Of a stretch of DNA of 64,000 bases, positions 12,451 to 25,482 are shown piece after piece; the first letter of the stretch is position 1, and each line of letters begins with the position of its first letter. The notes under the pieces were generated by a model. The model did not search any database, was not told the DNA's origin, and saw only the letters and a list, made by a program, of their open reading frames with translations. Position numbers and translations under genes: made by a program. Source of the stretch: Phoronis australis (lineage: Eukaryota; Animalia; Phoronida); the NCBI GenBank assembly GCA_002633005.1, contig NMRA01000272.1:1-64000 (forward strand). The letters run 5' to 3'.

Positions 12451-14150
12451 CTCTCCTGATCTAAGGATTCAAAATCTGTTTGCATCTAGATGACAAACTC
12501 CTGTTTGAGTAAATTACTTTTCACCGTGGTTTATAACGCATTTCTATGGCGAAAAGAGGTATTGTTACTAGTGAATAACTAGAGGGTGAGAAGGTTGGCC
12601 AGATTTTCTTGTTCTCTTGGTATATCTGTTGCTTACTTGTACGTTTTGGAGATTGTGATTAATATAAGCGCCAATTGTGGCCAGGAAACAGATATGATCT
12701 CGTGCTCAGGTTACAACTTACCGTTATTGATCACAGGAACAATGAGTATACATGTATGAAATTACATTTTGGTTTAGCCATCCAAGTCTTCTAGCTTAGT
12801 TTTTTATGCTGTTGTGTGAATAGTGAATATTTTGATTGCTGTTCAGTACCACTTAAAATACTTTGTCATGACATTTTGCAACTTTGACTAGTTACATGTA
12901 TGAGTGATGATATATTCAATCTTAATATGTTTTGTAAGTTGTGAGTTATTCTGTAGATTAGCAACTGACTTGTAACTACACGTGATTATAGTTGGAGGGT
13001 GGACAGTTTACCCTGTACTGGCAAGTCACTAAGAAATAATGGAATGTTATAAAAATATATGTGAGAGTCCATCAGAACGGATTACAATGTTGTGTTACTG
13101 ATGAATTGCCTTGGTTTCTTCTTCTTAATTGTGACACACTAACTGCACAAAACAGGTGTCTGCATTGCAAGTAGCTCGGTGCATTGAATAACGAACACAT
13201 GGGGCATTATTAGATGGAGGTGAAACCAGCAATAAGCTGGAAGCACCATGTAATGGAAAGTTGGAAAATACCTTGGATGGTACTGAAATTACCACAGAGC
13301 CATGGACACCAATCATTGCAAAATGTCTATGGGTGGGAGGGGCTTGCACACAACGAGAATCATATTTTACCACCACCTCAGAACATGTTGCCATTTGGAG
13401 ACCACCTGGTTTTTACCCGGTTTGCATTCCTCTCTTGTACCCCTTTGCTGGCACTAGTGGGCAACTCCCCTTGAACATCCAGGAGCAATCACTACAGTCA
13501 TGTAATCCATGGGAGGTATGAAATGTTTTAAGGAACGACAATTTGCCTTATAAACATTAAACAAAACCGTAATGGCTTTTGAGGGGATAATGAAAGTGGA
13601 TACACTTTAATATTAATTAAAACACACATTTTCATTCTCTTTCACCACTAAGTTAGTGTTCTTTATTCGCCGCGTGGGGCGCTAGTTTTTCGACCGATAA
13701 CCACTGCAGCGAATGGCAAGAAGGCGGAGAGAACACTCCTATCGCACTACACTCCTTGGTTATACCAGAACCCCTTCTCAAATTGGCAGAAGGTTGCATT
13801 TACTCAACACGCATCTTCAATTCAAAGGTCTCAAGCACGCCCACAACTTAACGCAAGTACCAAATCAATGTTCACTGGAATAGCTTAGATCGAATTTTGT
13901 TTGTGAAGTTGCCAAAAAGCATAGTATGCAATTTCCACACCATTAGAAACTATTGTGGGTCATTTGAGTAAACAGAATCCATCCGTCCCCACTACGATTG
14001 GTTGCCAGCCCCACAAAACCCTTATGATCAAGTAACCGCTGTTGAAATTTGGCATAATGCCAGTAAACACCACTTGCTTTCAAAAGATAGCGACCATAGC
14101 ATCATTTTGAAGCATTTGATCAACAATTTATTTATGAACTAAACCTTTTA

Positions 14151-14578
14151 CCGGGATTTTCCTTTGATAAGCCCATGGCTTGTATTCGGAAATGAAAAAT
14201 TTCAGGCGTTTTAGTAACGCTTAATACACGCCCGGGTGTTTATTCGGAATAGAGGGACGTGTAAACAAAAAGTCCCATTTTTACTGACTTTGCCATTTTC
14301 ACTTGAAACTGTTTTAGGTTAATAAAGGCATAGTTCGACAACATCTTGTTCGTTTTTTATAATTAATAAGATGCTCCACAAAATTGAATTTGTGACAAAA
14401 AGTTGACGCTTAACGTGCTTTAAGAGGAAATTTTCCGAATAAATGCTCCACTATCTGGACATTTGACACAAGAAGTTGTAACACCAATTAAACGCTCATG
14501 GGCTTTTGTTCGGTCTAATTTTCCGAATAAACTCACATGCGCGTTTCATCGGATGGGCTTATCTACGGAAAATCCCGG
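14151..14578. mobile_element. Tc1/mariner-pogo-type MITE
   Basis: TA flanks; TIRs ccgggattttcctttgataagcccat / atgggcttatctacggaaaatcccgg. Confidence 0.7.
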
Positions 14579-15399
14579 TAAAAATGAAGTACATATACTT
14601 GTCAAGCATTCGGTTATTAGGAAACAACACACATTGTACCTCCATTTAGGTCTTTATAGTTTGAACACGTCAGGTGACGTTGAGGGAATCAAAGCGTAGA
14701 TGCAAGAAAATTAGTACTGTAACAGTATGCAGCCAGTGTGGATGACGAAGACGGAGCGCTTTCAAAGCCAAATGTCTGTTATTTCATTCAAGTGCCCAGT
14801 TGCATAAAAATTACCAAATAAGGACTCAACTAACTTCCCTAAATCTTCTGTGTCTTTGTGGACATTTAAAAACACCGATGTATGTACTTCTTATACTGTC
14901 ATAGTTGCAATACTAAGACATGTTTTGGCTTTGGTACGAACTGAGACAGAAATCTACGTCGATTTTTATCAAAATTAAATAGGAATTCTTTCATGCAACG
15001 CCTCTAACTTAAGAACTAGCTTCCTCTTTGTTTTTACTGAACTCAAGGCTCAGTTTTAGTTACAATATTGTCTAAAGATAAAGAGGAGTTTACAATCAAA
15101 ATGAAACGATGCAAAAGGATTACATCACTAAAGAAAGACACAAATGCGCTCACGATTTAGGGATCTTATTTGAGTCCATATTTGGGACTGTTTCGCAACA
15201 ATATAACTTCTAGCGGGAAGGGAATTGATAAAAATCAAGCACTTTGTGACATGTTTTTGCAATCTGGTGCAATGTTAGGTGTAGATTAACATTTCTAAAG
15301 AACAACGCAAACAAACTATTCTAACCCCCTAGTGGCCACCATGCACAAAATCCAATATGGCTGCTGCTAAAAATAAACATTGGCATATCTCGGCCATTT

Positions 15400-16815
15400 T
15401 CATCGCTAGAACATATTTTAATAATATGTTTTCAATAAATTTTGGGGGTAAGGAGTTCACATCTGATGCTAGCTTTATTCCTTGAAATCATTTAAATCTT
15501 TGTACACTGTCTCCGGATTGAAAATGTCAAACACTTGCCAAGTTCTAGTCATAGATGGTGGATCACGCACAGGGTGAAGACAAAGCAGCAACGTTAAAAT
15601 TGAAACTTGTTTAATTGACATCAAACATCTCACAGTTTAGAGTACAAATCAAGAACTTCAATCTGGAAAAAACAAAATGCCCATATATACAAGAAGTGAT
15701 AATCCCTGCATGATACAGTAAGTAAACCATGTCCAGAGTTAAATATCCCAACATTGTCATGTGAACCTAAAGTACAACTCATAAACTCAAATTGCAAAGT
15801 TACAAACCCGCTAATCGAAAACCGGTTGTAAGCAATCAAACTACAGACGGTGAGCATCAATGAGCATATTGTCAAGAGAGCCAACTGGCGGAAGAAATCC
15901 AAACTACAGCACTGCATGAAAACACGTGTTTCTGAAGCGAGGTCCTTCGCTGCTAAAACTAACCCTATTCAAAGATAAGTCAAGCTAGAAATTGCAATAT
16001 TACGTACACAACAAACAGAACTAATAAACCAGCAAAATCTTCCTTGAACGCTATGTGAGAGGCAACGCGAATGCATCCAGCCTCTACAGAAATCATGGTG
16101 GAAACAGGACAAGTTGACAGTAAAATGCGTCCCGGCTCAGACACGGGTTACACCAAAACAATAAATGTGGCATAGCAATACTGAAACATCAAATAGCCAA
16201 CAGAGGGCAGAATCAGAGACTCAAAATAATACAAACTCAACGAAACAGATGATGACTGCCATCTCTACTCTCAACAGAAAACATGTCAATTAGGATACCC
16301 TGATGATGTCATCGATTCAAAAATGGTGGACTTTGTGATCATGCTCCACATCTCAATAGTGTGGAGATAAACTATTGGATGGATCTGGACATGACCACAT
16401 GTCATCCCTAGCAATGTTTTCACTTCTTGTGTTGCTTTAAAAGTACATGATACAAACTAGCAGTCAGCAATAGTTGGTAGAAAATGCTGTTCATTCAGTA
16501 AAGCATCGATGTTTCTATAGGTTTGTCTAGAAGTATTGACACAGTCAGTTGGAGAAGTCACGTTTTGTGCAAATTTGCTTCTGGAAAATAGTAACTTTAG
16601 ACTTTTGTGCAGCAAATCACATCGACATACCCGTTAAATAAACAAAGTAACTTTGATGAGGAGAAACATTTAAGTTGAGTCATTTGTGAATGAAAATTGC
16701 ATTGAAATTACCATTTTGAATTAGAATTGGTTTCAAAACATGAAACTAACATCAGAATTGAACTCCTCACCCCCAAAGATATTGAAAACGTGATATTACA
16801 AAGTGTTCTATATCC
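15400..16815. repeat. Inverted-repeat pair, probable old DNA transposon
   Basis: 15405-15478 ('tttgggggtaaggagttcacatctgatgctag') is the approximate reverse complement of 16741-16812 ('ctaacatcagaattgaactcctcacccccaaa'). Confidence 0.45.
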
Positions 16816-17085
16816 GAATGTCAGAAAAAATTGAATGAGTAGCTAATACAGATAATTCTATTTAAGTTTCCCAAAATGTGTGCATTTGTACTTTTAAACC
16901 ATGGGGTAAAACGTGTTTACATGTATTTCGACGTCAATATCTATTCTGGGTTATGTTTATCACTTTGGTTTTAGGGTCAATGCGCGATAAAGATTCTAGA
17001 CATTTCTGAGATCAAATCGTAATATCCAATGATGTGATTGGATAAGATCATGTGATGTTATTACCCATTCGTTAAGTAGGTATAT

Positions 17086-17451
17086 TGTTATAATTTGGAC
17101 AGAAGTTAGGAAAATCCTCAGATGGAATGAAGTAGTTGAAGCCAGAACACTGGCTAGAGTGTGCAGAAGAAATTGTACAACAGAGCCATCTCGCGAAAGA
17201 TCCTAAAAGGAATTTTGGCAAGGGCACTGAAGAATTAGCGAACAGGAAGTAAACTAAGAGCTTGTCACTCGCCTCCAAGTGTTGCAACACGAGAGACAGA
17301 CCAGCTAGAGGAAAAGTGGGTATATAGCAAGATCCAGTCTTCAAGTTTGCGTCGCGAAGGACTGTGACCAGCACGTACACTGACGCAGTATAATATAATA
17401 TTCACCACCAGTATTGCCATCCAACGATCGAGTCCTACAGCTGGTATAACA
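17086..17451. mobile_element. Possible solo LTR
   Basis: Bounded by TGTTATA...TATAACA with an internal TATA-like 'gggtatatagc'; no clear TSD. Confidence 0.3.
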
Positions 17452-17943
17452 AATAAAACGGTTGTTTAGATATTGATTGAAGTAATCCTTAAAAAAGGCT
17501 AGCGTAGTTACTTTTCTTCATTGTTGAGGCAAGCGTAGTAGCACTTTGTTCTACTTGATTAACAACAGGCTTCGTTTGTTTTAATTAGTGGGTACCATAT
17601 AATAAATTAATTACTTGATTTAACCCTTCTCTCTCCGTCTACGAGCAATCTCAAAGCATAGCTATCTTTTAGTCATACCCACAGTGAACTTCTGACTCCG
17701 AGATGTGTCAATTTCCATTTTCAGCAGCGGGCATACTGGATTTTGTGCATATTGGCCACCAATTTGTTTGTGGCATTTTAAAATTTTCTTTGGCTACAGC
17801 TAACATTGTACCAAATTGCAAAAAAATTGTCATAAAGTGCTCAATTTTTGCAAAACTGCATGTTTGCCCTTGTGCTATTGCATTAACGGCTTATTAACGC
17901 ACATGATCTTGACAAAACTTATTTGTTCATTTGCTCTCCCTAG

Positions 17944-18282
17944 ATGGGCCGACTGCAGTCACCATTGACAGTGAAAATCATCGGAACAAAATATTTAATC
18001 ACTCAACCGGAGTACTGACAGTACATGAAGGACAAGACTACGTGCTCAGATGCCAAACAAGCGTGACCTCGCCAAGTGCCACAATGATGTGGTCGGTCAA
18101 CGGGACGGTTAAAAATGTGTCGAGCACAATGAATAGGTCGTCTAGTGACGGTTACGTGTTCATCCGAAGTTTGACTTTAACTCCAAAAGGTCTCCATAAC
18201 GGTCTCTATGTAACATGTAGTGCTTACAACAATGGAGACCGAAGAATCAGTTGTTTGCGAAAGTATCGATTGTATGTTATCT
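17944..18282 (+). CDS. Ig-domain exon 1 (339 nt)
   Basis: tag|AT GGG CCG ... ATC T|gtaagt; GPTAVTI..YVLRC..MMW..YVTCSAYN. Confidence 0.9.
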
Positions 18283-18521
18283 GTAAGTATTTGTTATTTG
18301 GCTTCACTTCTATCTGGTTCTCGGAGAGAAATACATGTAGATGACAATTTCAATCGGGGAATATGTAAACAATCATGGTAATAGGGCATCGTTGCGTGCT
18401 TTTTCGCCTGGTAACTTATAGCCTTTAGAACTTTCAAATGTTCTTTTCCAAGTGTAGGAAGTGCTTCTGACATGGTCACTTTTGCCTTGTCAACAGTCTT
18501 AACACAATTGGCTTCAAGTCG

Positions 18522-18549
18522 CGAGAGAGAGAGAGAGAGAGAGAGAGAG
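18522..18549. repeat. (GA)n microsatellite, probable (CT)n tail of the adjacent LINE
   Basis: Direct read; next to the N at 18555. Confidence 0.9.
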
Positions 18550-18555
18550 GGGGAN

Positions 18556-21224
18556 TTCTGATATAAATAAATCAATGTTACCGGGTCCACTTATCCATAC
18601 CTCCCCAAACCCGTATCTGAATAAAATATCTTTAACTGCACTGGCCCAATTTGCTCGTCCTTTTTCACAGTCTTCCCGCAGCATCCTGTATCTTTTCTTT
18701 GGGTATCTGGGGTTATTCATCTGTAGAATTTAGTCCAGTAGATTATTGGTCTGCCCAAGTATTTCACAGATAATAAATGCCGTCCGCATTCTCCTCTGGC
18801 CATAACGTTACTTGTTTTCTTTGGGACACCAGCAACCCATTTACAGAAATCATTGTGAACACTTTCTATGTCTTTCGAATATACTGTACCCCATATCTCA
18901 GCACCATATAACAATATAGGAACTACCATACTATCAAACAATTTAAAACATACATGCGGGGATCTACACTTCACTTTGGTTAAACATGCTTTTAACATGT
19001 TCATTGCTTTTCTAGCTTGTAAAGCTGGTATTCTACAATTTTCATTCCATTTTAATCTGCAAGAAAATGTCACACCAAGATACTTGTAATAAGATTTCGT
19101 TTCTACCGATTTCTTATTGTAGAACCACCGTTCTTGTGCCGACAGAGTTCCACCTCGCCTGAAGACAACAACATTTGTCTTATCAAGATTAACACAAAGA
19201 CTCCAATCCACACAGTAGATGTGCAATACATTTAATTTCCTCTGGAGACCAGGCACTGTGTCCGACACAAGCACCAAATCGTCCGCAAACAATAACGAAC
19301 TTAATTCACAATCATCACACTTGATACCTCGTCCTCCATTTTCTTTGACCTCTGACACCAGTCCGCTAACAAAAACACACAATAACCAAGGACTCAGTAT
19401 ACACCCTTGTTTCACACCTCTCGTACAATCAAAATAGGGTGTGATTTGACTCTGTATTCTCACGCACGATTTCACTTCAGCATAAATATTCCTCAGGAGA
19501 TTGAAAATTTTCCCGTGGAGATTATTTTTTAACAAACAATAAAATAGACGTGTAGTTTCTAGACTGTCAAACGCCTTGCTAAAGTCTACAAAGGCACAGT
19601 ACATTTTTCCACCTCTTTTTGATAAATTTATGTGGGCCAAAGCTTGTAGAACAAAAATGTTATCCACGGTCGAATAATCCGCCCTAAATCCGCTTGTTCC
19701 TCAGGGATACATTGCATTGCATCCGACCACTTAATCAGCCTTCTGTTTAATATTGATGTAAACAGCTTGCTTATGCTATCAATTAAAGAAACTCCCCTGT
19801 AATTATTTGGGTTATTTGTGTCTCCTTTCTTGTAGATTGGGACGATTATACTCTTTCTCCAGTTCTCCGGGAATTTTCCTGTCGCCAGTACCTTGTTGAA
19901 TAGTTTGCATAATACTTCAAGGATGTCACCAGTCAGTGCTTTGAAGATTTCGTTTGGAATACCATCTTCTCCAGGGGTTTTGTTGCTTTTAAGTTTATCT
20001 ATTTCCTGCTGGATTTCGGACATGTCAATTTCTTTATTAAGTTGTACCAGGATTTCATCACCAGGTGTGTTGGCACAGTCATTGCAGGTTTCGTCGTGCT
20101 CTCGCATTTCGTCCAGCAAATTATTAAGGAATTCCATGTTTTCCCGTACAGGCTCAGTGTTCAAGAGTTTTTCAAAATAGTTATACCATTCGTTCGACGA
20201 AATATCTGCTTGTTGAATATTGTTCGGATTTATGATTGACTTCACGTTTGCCCAGAATATTCTTGGATCTCTCACTGAATCACATAATTTCCTTTCCATT
20301 TGTTCGTTATAATTCTTCTTTTTTCACGACAGGTTTCCTTAAATTGACTTTTCGTATCAATATAATTACGTAGTGTATCCACACACTTTGTGGATCTGAA
20401 AAGTTTCAATAAATTATGTTTTTCTATTTTCCTTTGCTCGCAAACGTTGTCGAACCACCTTGGCTGCTGCCTGTTCACTGCGAGTTTATTGCTTATTTTC
20501 ATGTCAGCGCCGCAAGCGTGGAATAATTCATTTATTAATTTAACTGCTTTGTTAATATCCATATCGATGTCTGAAGATATTTGGGATAATTTCTCGGTGG
20601 TGTCAACGCTTCCCAGTCTATCCTTAAAACTTGAAGATTTATGTGGCTGCCACTTGAGTCGGTGCAATGGGGTTGTTCTGACACTAGTGTTCGATCCGTC
20701 TGTATCAGCTTCCGTATGTTCTAGATAACGTAGAGTACACATGATAGGGAAATGGTCTGACTGGTCGTAGTTTAATACTTCAAAGTCATTAATTTTTTCG
20801 AACAGAGATGCCTCGGCAATAATATAGAAATGTCGTGGCTGTAGTATGCTGACCCTTCGGGAGGGAGATAAATTAAACCTATTATTACATGTGGCTTGTC
20901 TGAGCCAGCAAACAAATCTTTGAGATGCAAATATACTCTGTCTTCCAAATTCTCACAGATGCGAGTTATTTTGGTTCCTAAATTGTTCTTTACCATTACT
21001 GTCACTCCACCAGATGCTTTGCCGTTATGTATGTTTCGTACTGATGTGAACGTGGAATAATTTTCTAAGAGATCGCCAAATTCATGCTCTGCTCTTGCGT
21101 GTGATTCAATGAATCCTATGAGGTCGTAGTTTCTAATTATTTTTTTAATTTCTCCTTTGTTTTGTCGTAGCTTACTTTCTAGCCCCCCTATGTTCCATGA
21201 TCCTATTTTCATTTCTCTTGTCAT
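18556..21224 (-). pseudogene. LINE ORF2 (AP endonuclease plus reverse transcriptase), frameshifted
   Basis: 'IGSWNIGGL', 'GFIESH', 'SDHFPI', 'PGEDGIP', 'NYRGVSL', 'FVDFSKAFD', 'GVKQGCILSP', 'LFADD', 'YKYLG'. Confidence 0.92.
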
Positions 21225-21230
21225 TGTTTG

Positions 21231-21986
21231 CTATTGACTGTCGTCCTCTTCATTTGTATCCGTTCTATCTCTGAAGATGTATCTATCCTCGTTGCAGACA
21301 ACTTTGTCTATATGATCGTCATACAGGTACATTTTCCTGTTGTGATAAAGCTTATCGAATTTTATTGTGGCTTCTATAAAATTATTGTCTCTTGAGAACT
21401 GCCATAACTTTGATCTAGCGATACGAACCTTCTTGCTGAAGTCTTCAGCCACCGAGTATTGAGTTTCACTCCTTAATTTTCTTTTGCCTTTTAAGATCTG
21501 CATCTTGTCCTTGAACGAACTCAACTTTGCGATGATTGGTCGAGGTTTGCTAGGGTTCTTGCGACCAATCCTATGGGCCCGCTCAATCTTTACCTCTGAT
21601 ATGTCGAGGTGGTTATTGACTAGTTCCTTTACTGCAGTTTCCGCTTCTTCCCATGTTTCCGAATTCCCCTCGGGAATGCCGTGAAATATTAGGTTGTCCC
21701 GTCTAGACCTATTCTCTAAATCATCCACCTTGCTTTCCAAGTGCGCCACCTGTTGTCTCAAACCGACATTTTCCTGCTTCATTTCCTTGCATTGACGACT
21801 TAAGGATTCGAATTTACCAGACAAATCTTCTCTCATTTTCTCAAATTTTGCATTCATTTGTTCTAGTAGTTCTCTATTCGATATGTCAGGTGGGTTACTT
21901 TCAGGTTGAGTCATATATGAAGGTAAGGTCCGGTTGCGCAATCCGGTCGCAGGTCCTGCATTAGGTGTGCCTTTACCTCCTGGCAT
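21231..21986 (-). CDS. LINE ORF1 (coiled coil plus L1-type RRM), intact 251 aa
   Basis: 'LENRSRRDNLIFHGIPE', 'IERAHRIG..PRPIIAKL', 'VAEDFSKKVR'. Confidence 0.88.
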   Translation of the reverse strand: MPGGKGTPNAGPATGLRNRTLPSYMTQPESNPPDISNRELLEQMNAKFEKMREDLSGKFESLSRQCKEMKQENVGLRQQVAHLESKVDDLENRSRRDNLIFHGIPEGNSETWEEAETAVKELVNNHLDISEVKIERAHRIGRKNPSKPRPIIAKLSSFKDKMQILKGKRKLRSETQYSVAEDFSKKVRIARSKLWQFSRDNNFIEATIKFDKLYHNRKMYLYDDHIDKVVCNEDRYIFRDRTDTNEEDDSQ

Positions 21987-23274
21987 GATTTGCTATTGTT
22001 ACGTAACCTGTATATACACTGTAAACTGAAACAGAGCTCTGCCACCTCAGTGTAGGTAACCCTATAGCAGGTTATGGAACTGTCTCAAAGTCGGTTTTCA
22101 CTCAGTCTAATGAAATTTGACGAACCTTCAAGCGTTCTTTAGATGTTGAATATCACTTTCTCCTGACTGAAGTCCACACTTTTGCGTATAACCGTAGTAA
22201 TTTCTGGTTTTAGTATGAGCGATGTAGATATGCGTTCACAAAAATAGCGCCACCTATCAGAAGAAATCATGTTCTTTACAAAGTGAAAGAAGTGCTTCTG
22301 ACTTCGTTGAAAGTCCTGTTGCCTTATCAGCAGTCTTTACACAATTGGCTTTAAGTCGCGAAGTGCAGAAATATGATGGAACGGATTATCTACGACATGA
22401 CCTGAAACTATTGCCTATTGCCTTTGACCGCCATGTTGCCTTCTGATGATGTTAATTAAACAAGCGTGTCTCTGTTTTTCATGCAATGTTTCAGCCATTT
22501 AGCGAATGGGTAATCAAGTTATGCGTGTACAGTAGATGGTCTATGTTTATGTGGGACTGATTCACTATTAGTACGATAGTTTCAATACGGCGTTGATAAA
22601 CAAATTGCTTCTTTTCGATGATGTTTCATAGCCAGCAGGTGAAGTACTCTTTTCTCGCAGAGTACTTGGCTTTATTGATAAGCATTTGTCAGCTGTTGTT
22701 TACCCCGTAGGTGTGCTTGCTTATCGCATACAAAAAATATTCTTGTAAAAGATGCAGAACAACATGGACGGTTACGAGAATACAATAGTGCCATGACTTA
22801 GCAGATGGCTTATCTTGAATATTTCGACTCCAAGACCTGTTTGCATCATATGAAAGGGTTTAGGTGCGAGGTGTTACACAGGACTCTCTACGAAGTCCTG
22901 TGTTATTAGTATACGTGTGTCATAGATAACTGCATTGAACCTTAAGCATGGTGCTTCTTTTAATATTGCTCTTGTTATGCAGATTTATGATACGGACCCT
23001 GAGCCTGGGACTGTGTTCCGTAGGTCAGGCTTAGACAGAAGACCTATAAGACGCATATTACTTCATAATAGTTTTCACGACTCGGGACAACCAGGGCCGC
23101 AATTCATAACCATTAAGTAACGCATACATTGAAATCATTTCAAAACAACGGCAATGATCTGTCAAGAGAACTCACAGCATAACGCTTCAACTCAAGAGAT
23201 ATAAATCACAGTATGGTTACAGATCAGATATAGTATTTTGGTGTTGCCAAGTGGTATCTTTGCTTTCCACGCAG

Positions 23275-23607
23275 TCGGTCCTACCGTAATTGCGATAACA
23301 GATCAAAGTACTGTGCCTGGCATTCTCTCATCAAGTGGCGTCAAGGTCTTGAACGGCGGAACGTACAACTTCAGTTGTGAAACTGGCCTCGTTAATCCGG
23401 TCGCAAAACTCTTTTGGACTTTCTTAGGAATCTCAGCTAAAGAGTCTGCAACGAGAACCAAGGCCGCTGGCCATGGAAGACGCTTCAGCAAAAATCTGGA
23501 GTTCACTGCGATGCCTTCCTACAATAACCTAAAGATACTATGCACGGCCGTAAACGAGCTCGATTCGAAAAGAAACGTATCCGTAGCGCATAACCTGGAC
23601 GTTATCT
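23275..23607 (+). CDS. Ig-domain exon 2 (333 nt, type A)
   Basis: cag|TC GGT CCT ... ATC T|gtgagt; YNFSC..LFW..ILCTAVN. Confidence 0.9.
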
Positions 23608-23738
23608 GTGAGTATTCAAATGACGTCTGTTTACTCTGTAGTTATGATCATCAGCACTTCGGTTTCATTGAAAGCCATGTAGGCCCTACCTTTTTGGAAA
23701 ATACTCTGCTTTGTTAATTACTACCTTCTTATTCACAG

Positions 23739-24059
23739 TTGGACCCACAAATCTCACAATTCGCGACGGAAAAAATGACAAAGTCATCTATAGAACTTTA
23801 ACGGTGACAGAGTTCATGGTATACACGTTAACATGTGAAACAAGTGGAACGAATCCTGTACCAAACATAACCTGGACGTCAGAGGTTGCAAAGGGAACCC
23901 AGTCCAATGCAGTGATAGAAATGGACGACGGTGATCGATACGGGCGGAACTACACATTTACTGCTGATTCCTCATACGACAAAACGCACTTGAATTGCAA
24001 TGCAACGAACCCAGACAGCGAGATGTCTACAGACGTAAATATCCTGTTAGATGTGCATT
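23739..24059 (+). CDS. Ig-domain exon 3 (321 nt, type B)
   Basis: cag|TT GGA CCC ... CAT T|gtgagt; YTLTC..NITW..LNCNATN. Confidence 0.9.
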
Positions 24060-24279
24060 GTGAGTTGGTCTTGTTTTACATGCACGCGTACTCAAAGGTG
24101 ATAAAAAGTTTTTACAAATCTTATGTTTTTATAATTCGCCAATAGTCCATTTGCTGAATGCCTGTTCACTGTATTCGGAATACGTTCAAACGCACTGATT
24201 TTGCTTTGTGTTTACTATAGAATGTTTGTAGGGACAAAACGTTTATGTTTCATAAGAATCGTATCCGTTAAAATTACAG

Positions 24280-24582
24280 ACGGGCCTCATGCTATTAAGA
24301 TAAGCACCTCTTCAGGTGACGGCGTTAATGGTGAGCTTTCTGTCTTCGAAAGCGAGGTTTTCACTTTAACGTGTTCGGCCGAAGACGTGAAACCAAGGGT
24401 TAACATCACGTGGTCTATGGGAACCTCTGGTAGCATGATCAAGAGGAATCTGTCTTATAAAAAGAACACTACGTTGACCGCTGCCCCGTCGATGAACCAG
24501 GAAAACATGTATTGTTACGTGATAAGAGTGCCGTTTGATGACACGCGTTGGAGAAATGTCTCTGTTTCGTTAAATGTTAGCT
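24280..24582 (+). CDS. Ig-domain exon 4 (303 nt, type C)
   Basis: cag|AC GGG CCT ... AGC T|gtaagt; FTLTC..VNITW..MYCYVIRVP. Confidence 0.9.
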
Positions 24583-24865
24583 GTAAGTAACTAAAGTTGA
24601 AATCAGCACGAACGATTTCTTACGTGCTAAAATAGTCCTTTTTATTGGCATTTTGGTTACCGTGTTTTGCGGAATGCCGATTGAAGGCTATTATGAGCCT
24701 TATAAACGCTATACCTTATACCTCAAAGTGCGTCACATGAAATGGACTAAAAGGGTTAATATTTTGTAATTTTCCTTTGAATGATGATCAATATGTCAAA
24801 ATTAACCAAAGCATTGCTTACATTTCTTTCAGCGCAGGATTTCTCTCCAGATAACACCGTTTTGT

Positions 24866-25003
24866 CCCATGGGCGACACACCACAGTGGGCTAGCCTCTC
24901 AGTGTGTTCAGTGTTGCGCCGCCCACGGTCTATAGGCAGTGCATCAAAGTTGGAGCTGGAGGCTTTAGCCCTCCAGTTTTTTCAGTGCTGCGCCGCCCAT
25001 GGG
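24866..25003. mobile_element. Short TIR element (hAT-like MITE)
   Basis: cccatgggcgac...gcgccgcccatggg inverted ends. Confidence 0.45.
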
Positions 25004-25161
25004 AATCGGTTTCAGTTGAAGTCAGTTACGTTGCAAACATTTAATGGACACCTTTAGGCCTTTTGACTGTCGACAGTATCTTTTTTAGTGATACAGCTTG
25101 GAAGTATTTTGATCTCTTAAAACTTCTAGAAAGCACCTTTATTGTCGTTCTGCATGTTTAG

Positions 25162-25482
25162 ATGGTCCACGCCAGCTGCACCTGTATGGACAGAGCGCCG
25201 ACCTGTTGTCAGAGAATGTTAGTGTGGTAATTGGTGAGAAGTACACACTAGTATGCAAAACGGATCATGTTTGGCCAGGCGGGCATATGCGTTGGCTGGA
25301 GGCTTGGGGAAACCAGACGAAGACAACTATATCATCACAAACTACTAAATCGAAAAATTTTCAACGAAAATTTATGTTTATGCCACGTCCGGAACTGAAC
25401 AAACAAAATGCCTCGTGTGTCTTTCGGAATACTGGGCGAGGGAATTTCAGTGCAGAGCGATCAGTTTTAATTTTGGTCATTT
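25162..25482 (+). CDS. Ig-domain exon 5 (321 nt, type D)
   Basis: tag|AT GGT CCA ... ATT T|gtaagt; YTLVCKTDHVWP..MRW..ASCVFRN. Confidence 0.9.

Larger units (their letters stand above)
18556..22255 (-). mobile_element. Near full-length non-LTR retrotransposon (CR1/L2 group), 3' end lost in assembly gap
   Basis: ORF1 plus APE-RT ORF2 with a few frameshifts; antisense in intron 1 of the Ig gene. Confidence 0.92.

Noticed and set aside
13125-13521. Overlapping 86-89 aa ORFs as a host exon
   Set aside because: No recognisable domain, signal peptide or convincing splice pair.
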